64,000 bases of DNA from assembly GCA_037379345.1 (NCBI GenBank), contig CM074513.1, forward strand, positions 20,770,001-20,834,000. Reading direction: 5' to 3'. A program made the position numbers and the translations under genes. Numbering within the stretch: the stretch's first letter is position 1; every line of letters begins with the position of its first letter. Of the stretch, positions 38,747 through 50,840 are shown in pieces. The notes beneath the pieces are model-generated. The model was not told where the DNA came from. It was given only the letters and a program-made list of their open reading frames with translations, and searched no databases. Origin of the DNA: Perna viridis (taxonomy: Eukaryota).

Positions 38747-38847
38747 GTACCTTTGTTAAAATTTCAGAAAGTTCAGGATTTTACAGATCATTTCCATAGA
38801 ATACCTTGAAAAGTACGGATTGTCATCAAGTTGTACAAATAGATCTG
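38747..38847. repeat. Dispersed repeat, copy 2 (copy 1 at 6716-6814)
   Basis: Direct alignment by eye. Confidence 0.85.
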
Positions 38848-38945
38848 AGATAGGCTAAAATGTATTCCAGTGATGTTTCAGTTTTTGCAATGCTATGTAT
38901 GATCTTGTGTACTACTCTGTAAATGTGTTCTTTCTTCTATTTCAG

Positions 38946-39103
38946 CTTCAGTGACAGGCTTACGTCATACACAGTCTTTTAAAGATAACAGATCGTCTTC
39001 AGCACCATCTCGTTCACAGGTAACCTCAACACCACTCAGCTCTAGCACAGCCTCACCATTTTTATCGTCAATACCCGACTCCGATCCCGAGTCTGAGCTA
39101 GAG
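38946..39103 (+). CDS. ARHGEF18-like: RhoGEF exon (SSVTGLRHTQSFKDNRSSSAPSRSQ/VTSTPLSSSTASPFLSSIPDSDPESELE) with alternative donor at 39019
   Basis: ctatttcag acceptor; donors CAG|gtaacc (39019) and GAG|gtaaga (39103), both phase 0. Confidence 0.85.
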
Positions 39104-40408
39104 GTAAGAGTAAATCTATTTTTAATTTTCTTTTTTTTTGTGTTTGTTACATCATTTGTTATTTTGTCTGTTTAATTGTTAAATCTCTAGGGTATGGTCT
39201 GAGCAAAATTCTTAAATTGGGACTTTTCATAAGTCGCTTGAGTTTTCCTCAAATCTTCAATATGACGTCATTTGGTTAGTTGAAATTTTAGATGAAAAAT
39301 AACTTGAGGAAAAACTCAGGGGTCTAAGAAAAGGCTAATTTTTTGTCATTGTGTTGATTTTATCATTTAGAATGTTGTAGACACATTATATATTGTAGTT
39401 CATGTATGTCTTTTACTAATAGAAAATCATTTACAAGAACCATAAATGCAGAAATATATTTGTGTATTCATATTCATGGTAGCTCCTTCATATCCTTTAT
39501 AAACATTTAATATACAAATTATAGTTATGACAACCGTAAGTCTTGGTTTAAAAGATGGGAGGCATACTTTGTACATTTTGAGTAATTACAATTCATATTT
39601 CTTTGCAGTTGAGCACAAGATATGTAGTAATATATTGTCATTTCTATTTCTTTCTCTTTTGTTTTATAGTCTGGGCCTTTTTTCTTTGCATTTTTGACTC
39701 ATTTTATTTATGATTTTTCCTTTATTTTAGTGCAGCAAAGTTTAAGAAATATCATATGCTGCTTATAATGCCTAATTTTGTCTATTACATTTTGCTAATT
39801 AAAATCCATAATAACTGACAACTTTCTTTTGTTATTTTTATTATTGAACTCCAATGCTTGTCATAAATTTGCTTTTTATATACCCTAATTATTACAAATG
39901 TTCTATGAAGAAGCATGACCTCATAACCCTTAGCTTGTATAAAAAAATATTGCTTTCCCCTTGAATCATAGTGGTAGTGCCTCCTTTTATCCTAAAATAA
40001 TTTAATAAACAGTTTTAAGAAACTCTTTAAGATTTAGTGCCAAGTCCATGCATAAAATTATATTATTTTGAGGAGTCTAAGGAAATAACTTTTTTACTTC
40101 ATAGCTGTCTTTCTTTTTGAAATGAAAAATCTGAAAGTGAAAGTAGTGACCTATTTATTCAACCTTACAAACAACTATCATTTCATTATTTCAGTTGAGA
40201 GTTTTAAACTGTAATGTATGTGTTTGTAGATTAGGTTATTTTATAGTAGTCTGTCTGGAATGCCAGTTTTGTCATAACTAATTAATGTACACATATATGC
40301 TTCATTGTGTGTGTGTTGAGTAATATACATTAAGTTGCACACCGAAATGCTAGGTATTTGTTTTGGGCTATGTTATTTCATTTCTCTTATCTTCTTTTAT
40401 CTATATAG

Positions 40409-40438
40409 GAAAACATGTCTTGGGAACTTGATAGCATA
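40409..40438 (+). CDS. Candidate 30-nt cassette exon (ENMSWELDSI)
   Basis: Long pyrimidine tract plus ctatatag, donor gtaaat, phase 0-0. Confidence 0.45.
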
Positions 40439-41448
40439 GTAAATTTAGTATCTTCACCATCAAATTAAAAAAAAAATCATATTCCTTTCACTGTGTACTT
40501 ATGGTGTAGTGAATCTTTCATTATTGACTAAAATAAAAAGTACCCAAAGAATTGTGTTCAGAAGTCAGGAAGAAGCCTTCTTTACCCTTGTGCTACTTTG
40601 TACATGTATCATATATGAAGGTCAGTTTAAATTGCCTTCACTATCAATTTCTTTGCCAGACGTAAGTTAGACCACAGGGTAGCGTTAAGAAATTTTTAAA
40701 AGAGGGTTCCAATCTAGTAATGTATGAAAGAAATGGAATCAGGTTGAAGTCAGAGGCTGTAGTCCAAGGGAATCGGGTTAAATTCCTGTAAATGTAACAT
40801 TATGATATATCAAAAGTTTTGAAGGCACAATATATTCTCATATTGTTCTTTTAGTTCACAAATATGATTTTTTTTCTGAAATTGACCACTGATGGCTAAC
40901 TTGTACACTTTAATAGTATGTCAAAATTAAAACATCATATCATTATAGTCATATATTAGTCTCTTTATTTTAAGCACCTGTTATATATTCTATATGTTAA
41001 TTTAAAGTTCACTGCTAAAATTAGATTATTGGAATAGCTCAGTGTAAATGCTGCAATATTGGTTAAATAGTGCTAGCTTGAATTAAACATTTTCCTTATC
41101 TTCAAAAAATGTAAACATGAAATTTCAGTTCACATCCATATTTGTATTTACCGGTATTTGAAAAGCTTGAAAAAAAATCTTTTTCAGGACTTCTGCCTGA
41201 CAAGCTCACATTCTTGAGAAATAACTTTTTGACTTGTATCTCGTATTTCCTTTTTGATCATGGAGATCAAAGGGTTTTGATTTCCACTGAATGCTTTTGT
41301 CAATATTTGTTTAAACTGTAATTTTATAATACATGTACTTATACCACTAAAAGTTAGGGTACATTATAAATTCATGTCAATATAAACTTATGAAGTGTTT
41401 GAAAAATAAAACAAATTTATTATTAAGCAACATTCTCTTATGTTTCAG

Positions 41449-41489
41449 GCACCACAGGTGATACATAGATTGAGTTTACCACCAACAAG
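41449..41489 (+). CDS. ARHGEF18-like: RhoGEF exon (APQVIHRLSLPPT)
   Basis: tgtttcag acceptor, AAG|gtatat donor; supplies the required phase 0-2 shift. Confidence 0.8.
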
Positions 41490-42052
41490 GTATATCTATT
41501 AGAGTTATCTCTCTTTGTATATGATTTTAATAGAAGTTTTTTTGTGAAACGGTTTATTTAAAGAGCACAATATCACACATTAAACAGTTCTTTTACCACT
41601 TGTTTGTATTTTCATTTGGTTGCAATCTACATCAATATTTACATTATGCTTTTTTCATTTTGCATGATATGCTCTTCAGTAAACTTTCATTGCTTGAATT
41701 AACTCGAATCTTTATCATCATTTTCATCATTTTTTATTGAAACATATCTATAGGACAATGGGCAAAATTCCTTTTAGTGGACTTTTCCTATCAGTATCCA
41801 ACTAAAATTTAAAGATTCCATCGTGGAAGCTTTTTAGCTAATATTTTTTTAATAATGTAGTTGTTTTTTTTTTTTTTTTCAAATCAAAATATATAAAATT
41901 CTGAAACTTCTACCAGTATAATTATTCTAATTACTAAGACATCTAACAAGGCTTTATATTATTTGAAAATTCTATGTGATAAACACTTTTTGTCCATTGT
42001 CGCATATGTTTGGTTTTTTTTGGTTATTAACAGCATGTAGCTTTGTTAACAG

Positions 42053-42121
42053 TTTGACCTCACAGTTGGCACAAGCAGGCTATATTCCCTGGCGTAAGGC
42101 GCATAAGTTTCACGACATTGA
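42053..42121 (+). CDS. ARHGEF18-like: RhoGEF exon, symmetric 69 nt (SLTSQLAQAGYIPWRKAHKFHDI)
   Basis: ttaacag acceptor, gtaagt donor, phase 2-2. Confidence 0.78.
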
Positions 42122-42707
42122 GTAAGTTCCTCTAGGTGGTTCTGGGTAAACTATGGAATAAAGCTATCTTAGAATGGGGAAAGTCTGATGAATATAGTGT
42201 CTGATTTATGAATTATGTATTTAGAATAAATAGCACTCTAAATATTATATACTGCACAGGCACATTTAAGTCTACAGCACTGAAGTTAGTCTCTGAATGC
42301 ATGTAGTTTGCATAGTTTTCTTTGAATCTTGTTGTCTTTAATTTTATTAAAACATTTTATTTTTTTTTGTGATGGCTAAGGCATATATAATTGACACGTG
42401 AGGTCTCTAGAACCATTTCTTTCTTGTTGTAGTCATTCTTATCCCAAGGAGGGGGGGGGGGGTTATTTGTTAAGAAAATTTATACAAGATTCACTGCATT
42501 TTATAGCTTTTATCATGATTGAAATTTACAATGGTTGAATTATTGTAGAATGTTTGCCCAGTTATCCCTCAAAGTCAAGCCATTTCTAATCATTTTGTTG
42601 TAAACTATTACTACTTATGTTTAAATCAGCCATGATACATTCATTTATATCTATGTAATATTGTATTCTATAAAAATAAAACATGATAAGTGATGAATCA
42701 TCACAAT

Positions 42708-42918
42708 GTCGTATTGCCGGTTATTTTGGCAGGTGTAAAATTTTGGGATTTTTAGACATAAAGGTATACCAAAAATTTTGGCGTTTCTTATTTTGGCTGA
42801 TGCTTAGTGGTGCATAAAGTGTAAGCCCAGAGTATATATTTCATGGAGTCTATTTTGGTGTTTTTAGCAATGAAATCCGCCAAAATTAGCACTCTGCGAA
42901 ATTACCCGCTAAATAGTT
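42708..42918. mobile_element. MITE with imperfect ~35-bp TIR (Tc1/mariner-like)
   Basis: cgtattgccggttattttggcag.. / ..ctgcgaaattacccgctaaatag. Confidence 0.6.
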
Positions 42919-43379
42919 TCTGATTAAGCATGATAACAAATAAGTGCATATTTTTCTCATCTTTATTAACTTTCAAACTCTCTTCATTAATATAACTATA
43001 AACTAGCATGTTTTTTGGTATCAGTATCGGTTGATCATTTTTGAGGATCTGTTCAGAGAGATTTTATGAGGTTTCAAAAGATCTTACAAACGCATCATGA
43101 AAAAAGATTAAAACAGTGTACTATGGAGATCACTTTCTCACCCAGGGGAAAAGTACTTACTAAATTATGATGGTTTACATAAGCAATGTATCTTCTATTT
43201 CTTTATGTATGAGAATCATGGCTGACAATATATATTCCTTGCTAAGTGTATAAATTTTATCTAAATGCATGTATTTTTCTAATAAGACTTTTTCTAAGGT
43301 AAAAACTTAGTTCGACTACATCTCATCACTTTGATAGAGAGCATGTTTAATGATTCGTTTCTTTTATATTTCTGTACAG

Positions 43380-43436
43380 TAAACCTATAGATGAAGATTT
43401 GGAACAAGAACATTTCAGAGGAGTGTTACTTCAGGG
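43380..43436 (+). CDS. ARHGEF18-like: RhoGEF exon (DKPIDEDLEQEHFRGVLLQ)
   Basis: ctgtacag acceptor, gtaggt donor, phase 2-2. Confidence 0.82.
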
Positions 43437-44661
43437 GTAGGTATTATGTATGGATGGAGAACTTCAGTTGGTGGGGCACCAATTTTGTGAAATTTGTGGT
43501 CTGATCAATTAAAAACTACACCAAAATCCAACATTCTGACATATCACAATAATCAATATCTATAATTAAGAATATCTATGCAGTTATTGCATAGGAACAT
43601 TTATACCCCCACTAAATGAGTGGTTGGTATATGGCCATTCAAATTTTGTGGCAATTATCTCGGCTCCAAATATATGGATTTATTTCAAATCTGGTTTGTG
43701 GCTATATATAGATGGAGCATATGTAATTGATTTTGGTGAATGTCAGATATGAACTTCCTGAAACTTAATGTTTTTCACTATATGAAAGTAAAGATAATTT
43801 TCATTATAAACATCTCAACTTCCCCTGGACCAGTTTATTTCAAATTTGTTATGTGACTTTATAGGATGGGGCATATGTTGTAAACAATTTGATGGCTATC
43901 CAATATCAACATCCTGTTTTGTCGGATAACCATACATGTGGGTACACCTAGCACGACAACATGCACAACTAGATGTTCTTAAAGTTCAAGGGGTTGTTTT
44001 ACAAAAACGTAATTGAGGAGAGTAAGGAAAAAAAGGCAAATTTAATGTAACTTATTAATCTCTTGACAAATGACTGTATCACTCTATCTTAGGGCCTTAA
44101 AGTACAAAAAAATCCTCAAATGTAGATCATCTTTATAAAAAAAGAATGAATTTCCTGTTTATTATATCAACAGGATATAAATATTATCTAACTGGTATTA
44201 TGGCATCTGTTAAGTTATAAATATGAAAAAAGTAACTTTTGCATCAGAACTCAGGATGTAGAAAAAAAAAATACAATACCAAAAATCCTGCATAGGAATT
44301 GAAACTATTCTGTTTGTTTCCCTGTTTTCCCGTCGTCCAGTTTGGTTGAGATTATAATGTTTGCTTAAGTTATTAACTGTATATTTTGATGTGGATGCCA
44401 CAATACGATAGAACTATGTCAGATGAGAATTCTCTACGTAGAAAGGGGGCTTGTAAGAGAAAGGGGAGTGAAAGATGGAGGGATCCTTCTAAAATATTTT
44501 GTGATGAATTTAGGAGGTAAGGATGACACCACTTTATGGTATCTATAGTATGAAAAAAATGTGCCCCCCTATAGATCAAGTACTATAATGTTGAAACTAG
44601 GACTTCTTGTTAAATAGTCCTATTTGTTATTTTTGTTAATTTCAATTTGATCATTTTATAG

Positions 44662-44714
44662 AAGCAGCACAGATGGACCTCCTGAGTTCACAGAGTCTTC
44701 AGATGAAATTGATG
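44662..44714 (+). CDS. ARHGEF18-like: RhoGEF exon (GSSTDGPPEFTESSDEID)
   Basis: ttttatag acceptor, gtaagg donor, phase 2-1. Confidence 0.85.
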
Positions 44715-45097
44715 GTAAGGTTTTATATGGCTACTTCAGATATAAATGAAATGATCTTGCAATGATGAAAATGTATTTAAAGAATTTTTTTTAAGTATTT
44801 ATGGTTTGTGTTACAACAAGAATGCTGCCTAGTTTGAAAGTCTTCGACAAGAGTCTTGGGCTTGATGATAATTTCATTGTACATGTATTTGCTGTTATGC
44901 AGGACCACATGATACTAGTGTAATGATTTTGCAACTAGTCAAATGTATCTGTACCTATTTCTTCCAATATGTAAAGTCTGAAAATCTGATAAAAAATACT
45001 GAAAAAAAAAATTTAAATACTATAAGTGTTGGCTCTAACCAGATATTTTCTAAAGCTATATTTTAATTGAAGAAATAACACTATTGCTGTTTCACAG

Positions 45098-45189
45098 GAC
45101 CAAGTGATACTAGTGTACAGATAACAGATGATTTTTTGAATGTTTATAAAGAAGAACCAGAACACTGGAGTGTTACAGTAGATAAAAAG
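45098..45189 (+). CDS. ARHGEF18-like: RhoGEF exon, pre-DH extension (GPSDTSVQITDDFLNVYKEEPEHWSVTVDKK)
   Basis: tttcacag acceptor, gtaaaa donor; E-x-x-x-W-S-x-x-V-D motif typical of Lbc GEFs. Confidence 0.92.
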
Positions 45190-45397
45190 GTAAAACAAAC
45201 TATAGAATTTACCTTTAAATACTGAATACTGTATACATGTAATGGGAAAATTTCACGGTTTTTGCAAGTAGTCTGCTTTTTACGGTTTCAGTTTCGGGAT
45301 CGTTCCTCAAATTGTATTTCATTGTTCTTTGAGGAAATAACTTGCGACAGTATAATTTTCATATTAGGGGTCTTAACATGAAAATAGCAAAAATGTG

Positions 45398-45865
45398 TGA
45401 TTGATTGATTGATTTTTGGTGTTTAACGCCCCAAGCAAGAATATTTCAGTTAGGCAGTGAACATGAAATGATGATGAAATGAAAAATGGGATGGGACACA
45501 AGGATAATACTGTCAAAAAATTTTGATTGCCACCGGAAATGTGGAGAGGTGTGTAGGGTTTGGCAATTTAGCCTCCTGTAGCAGAGCGCAGAGATTCCTA
45601 CTTCAGCAGAATACAACAGCAGGGTTCTTTAACAATAGAGAAACATGGCATCTTTCCCAACATGTTGCACCATTATGGTTTATGGTCAGTTTTTCTGTAT
45701 TATTGCCTGAGGATCCCAGCTTGTAGCAGCCAAGGGTACCCCATTCCACCACCTTGGGCACACAACCCAGTTGCTCTATGGTTCTGAACACTATTAAGTC
45801 GCCTATTACGACAAGCTTAGCGCTGCTGCAGGCCTGTTCTTTTGACACCTGGACCCCCATGAGGC
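45398..45865 (-). mobile_element. SINE/non-LTR retroposon with (CAAT)n tail
   Basis: Reverse strand ends ctgaaatattcttgcttggggcgttaaacaccaaaaatcaatcaatc; body is GC/CpG-richer than the flanks. Confidence 0.65.
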
Positions 45866-45982
45866 GCAAAAATTTGTGACATATGGAATCTGAACCACTG
45901 GGTTGAATGTTTTTGGTTTTGGAAAAAAATATGTAGAGAAACCTGAATGTGCATATTGCTTCAGAACAAGAATGTTTCAAAA

Positions 45983-46116
45983 GTCTGGTTTATTTCATGG
46001 TTTGGTGTAGTTTAAAAGTGTTTGAGGGTTTGGTTTAGACAAGGTCTGGTCTATTTCATGGTTTGGTGTAGTTTAGAAGTGTTTGAGGATTTGGTTTAGA
46101 CAAGGTCTGGTTTATT
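45983..46116. repeat. 61-bp tandem repeat x2.2
   Basis: gtctggt units at 45983, 46044 and 46105. Confidence 0.9.
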
Positions 46117-47060
46117 AAAGGTCTTATTAACACCAGTTCCTGATTATTACAGGTGTGTGGTTTATGAGGGTCGAATTCAGATCAGGTTCCCTTCTCCAGT
46201 CCACAATGCCATTTCTATACTTAAAACAAATTAATAAAAACAAATTGTAACTCTTACATGTATGTTGTCATCTCATTGTTGTCTATTTTTTTCAAATTAA
46301 TTCATTTGTTGTTTTGTAAGTCTAATTATTAGGTGTCAAAATATCAACAAAAATATCACTTTGTGGAGGATGAAAAATAAGAAGATAATGCTTTACTTAA
46401 ACACTCATCAAAAAAGTGGCAATGTTTACATAGGAACCTATCAAAAGAAATGTTAAAGAGATTACCATGTGTGTAATATACCACTTGTTGATTGCAGTGT
46501 CAATATCACTTGTCATGCCTGTATTCACTTTGTTAATTCCTATGGATTATCTTGTAATTATCTAATTAATTTGATAATTGGTTGACAAATCATAGATAAC
46601 AGTGTAATGTTTTTGTCAGTAAAATTGTAGCCTCAGGTGTCTTTGAAGTGCCTCTTCACCTGAAGATTCACACCTTTTTGTTTACCTGTCTAAATCAGCT
46701 GATCACCTGTGATCATATTCAAGTGAAGTTGACATCTGAACTGTGGTCAATACTTTTTATTGAAAGTCGGTTATTGACACTTCAGTTGTTAGATTTGTTT
46801 GGACAATAGTGCTGACAAATTTGTTGGAAGAATGCAATTCCAATGTTCTGAACAATTAGCTGAATTACTTTTGGACAAGAAGTAGACTTGGCCATAATGT
46901 TTGGTCTACTGATAGACAGAATGGCAATAGAATGGACTGAATTTTCAATTTAACCTTTTAACCTAGGATTTTAATAGTGCTATTAACCACAATAGTGGTA
47001 ATTGTACATTTATTGTGTATATATTTTATTCTGATGGATTCAGTGTTATTTGATCCACAG

Positions 47061-47112
47061 GTTTTAAAGAAAATGAATACCAAGGATATTAAAAGACAAG
47101 ATACTATATGGG
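47061..47112 (+). CDS. ARHGEF18-like: RhoGEF DH exon (VLKKMNTKDIKRQDTIW)
   Basis: ccacag acceptor, gtaagt donor; DH CR1 start. Confidence 0.94.
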
Positions 47113-47462
47113 GTAAGTTTGAATATATATATTTTTTTTTTAAATGAAGGAACTGTTGCATTCAAATATTTGGGTTGTTGCATCATGTTTTTGAAATGCT
47201 GAAAAAAATGCATTTCAAAATCTTCGAGATAAAGAAGTATTTGGCTATTGTGTAATAATTTGTCTCACAAAGGTGATATGATGTGATGCATAGGAGTGAG
47301 TTCTATAAAAAAAATTAAAACTAATATTGTCAGGCTCAAAAAGTGTGGTAAGTGACTATTTTTAATTTAAAAAGATACGACAAAAAAATTTTTCTTATAT
47401 TTGGCGAATAAAGGATTTATATGATTTTAAAATGAAAATTTAAATATGTTTTATGTTTTCAG

Positions 47463-47515
47463 AATTGATACAGACAGAGAGACATCACTGTCGAACATTA
47501 AAGATTTTGCAAAAG
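47463..47515 (+). CDS. ARHGEF18-like: RhoGEF DH exon (ELIQTERHHCRTLKILQK)
   Basis: ttttcag acceptor, gtttgt donor; CR1. Confidence 0.95.
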
Positions 47516-47794
47516 GTTTGTATCTATGCCCTATTTGTTACTTTGAAAATCCAGTGTATACAGATATGAGGTTGCTTAAAAAGGTAACAAGGTTTAATGT
47601 GTAATGGAAACATTTGTAGAGAATTTCACAAACTATAGACTTACCACACAACCACAATTTTTTTTTATTCTTTATGGGTTCAACTAAAAAGCTGTAATTT
47701 TTCTTTGAATTAAATGAAAAAAAATGAATTTATGGTTTGCTAACACAGCAAGAGAAAATGACTCCCTATTGATATAATGATTCTTTTCCAACAG

Positions 47795-47974
47795 GTTTAT
47801 AGTGAAGGGATTCTAGAAGAATTACTTATGCCACCAGAAACTGTGGAAAAACTTTTCCCTCAGTTAGATGAATTAATTGAAATACATATGACATTCCTGA
47901 ATAACTTACAAGAATTACAGAGTCGTAGACCTGACCATAGTGTGGAGTTCATTGGTGATACTCTTGTACATCAG
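47795..47974 (+). CDS. ARHGEF18-like: RhoGEF DH exon (VYSEGILEELL...FIGDTLVHQ)
   Basis: ccaacag acceptor, gtattc donor; LFPQLDELIEIH..F and IGD motifs. Confidence 0.95.
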
Positions 47975-48409
47975 GTATTCTACTTCTCATACATGTACAT
48001 ATACATGTATAACTTGTACTTGTATTATTTCTGTAATACAGGATTAAGCACTGTTTTTCTAGAATTTATGAAAGTGTAAAATTGGACTGATAATACTGTT
48101 TTAAGCCGCTAAACAGCTCTATGTTTTTTTGAACTGATGGTAGACAATTTGTTTACGATATGTACATTGAATTTAGGCTATTGTAAAAACTGTCATTGCT
48201 GAGGTTGTAAATTTTTGTCCCTTATATGATAAATACCATTGTCCAATCTGACACTACAAAGTTGCAAAGAGACATTACCACTCTTCCAATTTGTCCATCT
48301 TTTAATTTCGCCTTTTTTTAACTCACTCGTACATGTATCATCAGCTTTACCATCGGTATAACACAGTTTTACTGCCAAGCATATGGGATATAAAAGATAG
48401 ATGTTGATT

Positions 48410-48585
48410 GTTTGGCACATGGTGAGATTAATGTGTGTGAATGGAGTGACATGCCTTACTGTCGGCTGTTGCTTTTCTGAGCTAACAGATTAAAAATCTG
48501 AGTTTTCTTATCCTGAAATGCTTGAAGTACATTTGTACATTTATCTACCGTAGGACATAAAACTCAAATCAATCAATTAATCAAA
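48410..48585 (+). mobile_element. Degraded Meta/MESC-domain SINE
   Basis: tgtgtgaatggagtgacatgcc..ctgttgcttttctgagctaaca..aaaaatc core followed by an aatcaatcaat tail. Confidence 0.55.
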
Positions 48586-48798
48586 ATCAGCCTTAAACAA
48601 ATTTTTACTAAACCACGAACACCATTAGTTATGAATACCTTAACCCTTTTGATTTTTAATAGCACTATTAATTAAAGTCAGAACATGTACATGTATAGCC
48701 ATAAATCTCCCTCATTAGAAAAGCAGAATTTAATTACTCTAGAATTTTGCTTAGGCTAAAGAAACAGCATCCACTATACAACTGTTTTTTTTTTTCAG

Positions 48799-48924
48799 TT
48801 TTCCAATGAATCAGTGGACCACTGGAAGAAATGCTATGGTATATTTTGTGCTAATCAGAAGGAGGCAGTCCAGTTTTATAAAGATCTTCTCATTAAAGAT
48901 AGAAAATTTTTTCATTTTATACAG
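48799..48924 (+). CDS. ARHGEF18-like: RhoGEF DH exon (FSNESVDHWKKCYGIFCANQKEAVQFYKDLLIKDRKFFHFIQ)
   Basis: poly-T cag acceptor, gtatga donor; YG.FC CR2. Confidence 0.95.
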
Positions 48925-49370
48925 GTATGAATTCAAACCTGAATGTCGTTACAATGTTAACAGTTGTAATAATTTAAAAAAAACTTGTTTGGGAAAAAGT
49001 CCTAAACCTAATTTTTTTATGAAAAAAAAAACATTTTACATTTTAATTTCAGATTTTTTACAATTAGCTATTTTTGTGGTTGATATATTTTTTGCTCTTA
49101 TATGTACATGTATTTATGAACTGCAAACATTTTTTCTCTTGGAAAATTGATATATTCACAGAATTTTTTGTAATTTGTATTTAGTATGGTTTGTGCTACC
49201 TCATTCTGATATTCTAAAGTTCCAACAGTTATTTCCTTTCTTTAACTGATTTACGGTGCATTATTTTGTAAGCCAATAATAAAATTATTCCTGTTAAAAC
49301 CTGTAAAATACCCCTATTGGCTCACAGGTGGTACTATTTATTCATATTGGTTGCTCATTTTCTGTTTCAG

Positions 49371-49488
49371 AAATGTGGTAAACATAGTTTATGCAAAAAG
49401 CGTGATATTCCAGCGTTTCTGTTGTTAGTTACTCAGCGACCAACCAAATATCCTATACTCATAGAACATATACTCAAACGAACTAATG
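49371..49488 (+). CDS. ARHGEF18-like: RhoGEF DH exon (KCGKHSLCKKRDIPAFLLLVTQRPTKYPILIEHILKRTN)
   Basis: tgtttcag acceptor, gtaagt donor; CR3. Confidence 0.95.
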
Positions 49489-49566
49489 GTAAGTACTCAT
49501 AGAATACTTATTTAAACAATCTAATGTTAAGGAATCATAGAACATGTACTCAAACTAATGGTAAGC
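49457..49566 (+). repeat. 3 x ~38-bp tandem repeat of exon end plus splice donor
   Basis: a(c/a)tcatagaa...ctaatg(g/t)taag units at 49457, 49495 and 49533. Confidence 0.88.
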
Positions 49567-50673
49567 ATCATATGTGATTCCATGGCTTCAGTCTTCATTG
49601 AGGTATATTCACTATTTCAAGCCTTTTTATACTACCGCCAAAAAATTTCATCATCTGGGGACACTTTGTTTCCATCCATTAACTTTAGTTGTGGATGACC
49701 AATAGTTACTTACAACTAAAGGCAGGGACTTTGTGGCCCCTAATGTTTTAGAAAAAGGGTAAAAATAGAATGTTTGATTTTTTTTTTTATTTTAATTATT
49801 CTTTTTTGTATTCTGTTCCTTTAGTATTTAATTATGGTGAACAAATTTATCAGCGATTTTATGTGTTTTTGGACTGCTTTCTAGGTATAGAAGGTCAAAG
49901 TTGGGCAATGCCCAAAAAAATCAATTTTTTATTTTTTTATTTTATTTTTGGATTCCTCTTAAAAATCCCTGCCTGTGTTTTTCAATCAGATTTCTGATAT
50001 CTTTTACGTTTTTCTAGTCATAAGGTGTCAAAGGAACCAAACCAGAAAGAATCATCTTTTTTATTTTTGGTCTTATTTTGAAAATTTTTAACTAATTTTT
50101 AATTTTGTGTAATAAAGTGTCCTAACTATTTGATGTGTCCACAATAAATTGTAAGTCCTTAAGCTTAAGTGTGTCAAAAACTAATATCGTGTCCTCAGTT
50201 GCCCCTACTGTTCAGGGTTAAGCTATCGTATCATGCTCGGCGAAGCTTTTTATTTCTCTGCCATAACTAGTATCTAACCTTGCTTCTGCATGCAAATTAG
50301 TACAGTACAGTAGTAAGTACTTTGGAGATACATAACCAATTGTGATCATACTTTATGACAATTCACATTCTGTATAGTATACTAATAAACTAGTGAAGTT
50401 ATGTGAGATTGTTTTTAATCAATTCTATTTAAGATGATTCACCTCAGTATCATTAAAAGAATTTTCTTTACCGACTTATGGCTGTGACAAGATAGAAGTA
50501 AGCATTTCTTCATCGCACATAACACATTTCTTGTTTCATTAGTTTTGAAAGAATGTGAAATCATTTGCAATCATCTATAGTTATAATAAGTATGTCATGA
50601 TACTTTGTGGTATAGCTCCGGAAATATGTCATTCAAAGTGTAATTATATCATTATTATATTCTTATTTTTTAG

Positions 50674-50840
50674 ATAAGAAAGATAGAGAAAATTTAAGTC
50701 GAGCCTTGCAGCTGAGTAAAGATTTATTAGAGGGAATTGATGAACATGTAGATGCTTATGAATTGAAGAGAAGATTAACAGAGATCTACACCAAACTGGA
50801 TCCTAAATCATTTGCAATGTACAAAAATAGGAAATTCAAG
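50674..50840 (+). CDS. ARHGEF18-like: RhoGEF DH end and linker exon (DKKDRENLSRALQL...YKNRKFK)
   Basis: ttttttag acceptor, gtaaaa donor, phase 1-0. Confidence 0.94.

Noticed and set aside
39731-39739. 9-nt microexon after a long pyrimidine tract
   Set aside because: The donor gtttaa is too weak to support
40740-40790. tRNA-like fragment
   Set aside because: No cloverleaf or intact B box
45603-45980. 125-aa minus-strand ORF
   Set aside because: Lies largely within the SINE-like insertion; no protein motif
48193-48420. 75-aa minus-strand ORF in a DH intron
   Set aside because: No recognisable motif, and its start overlaps a SINE relic
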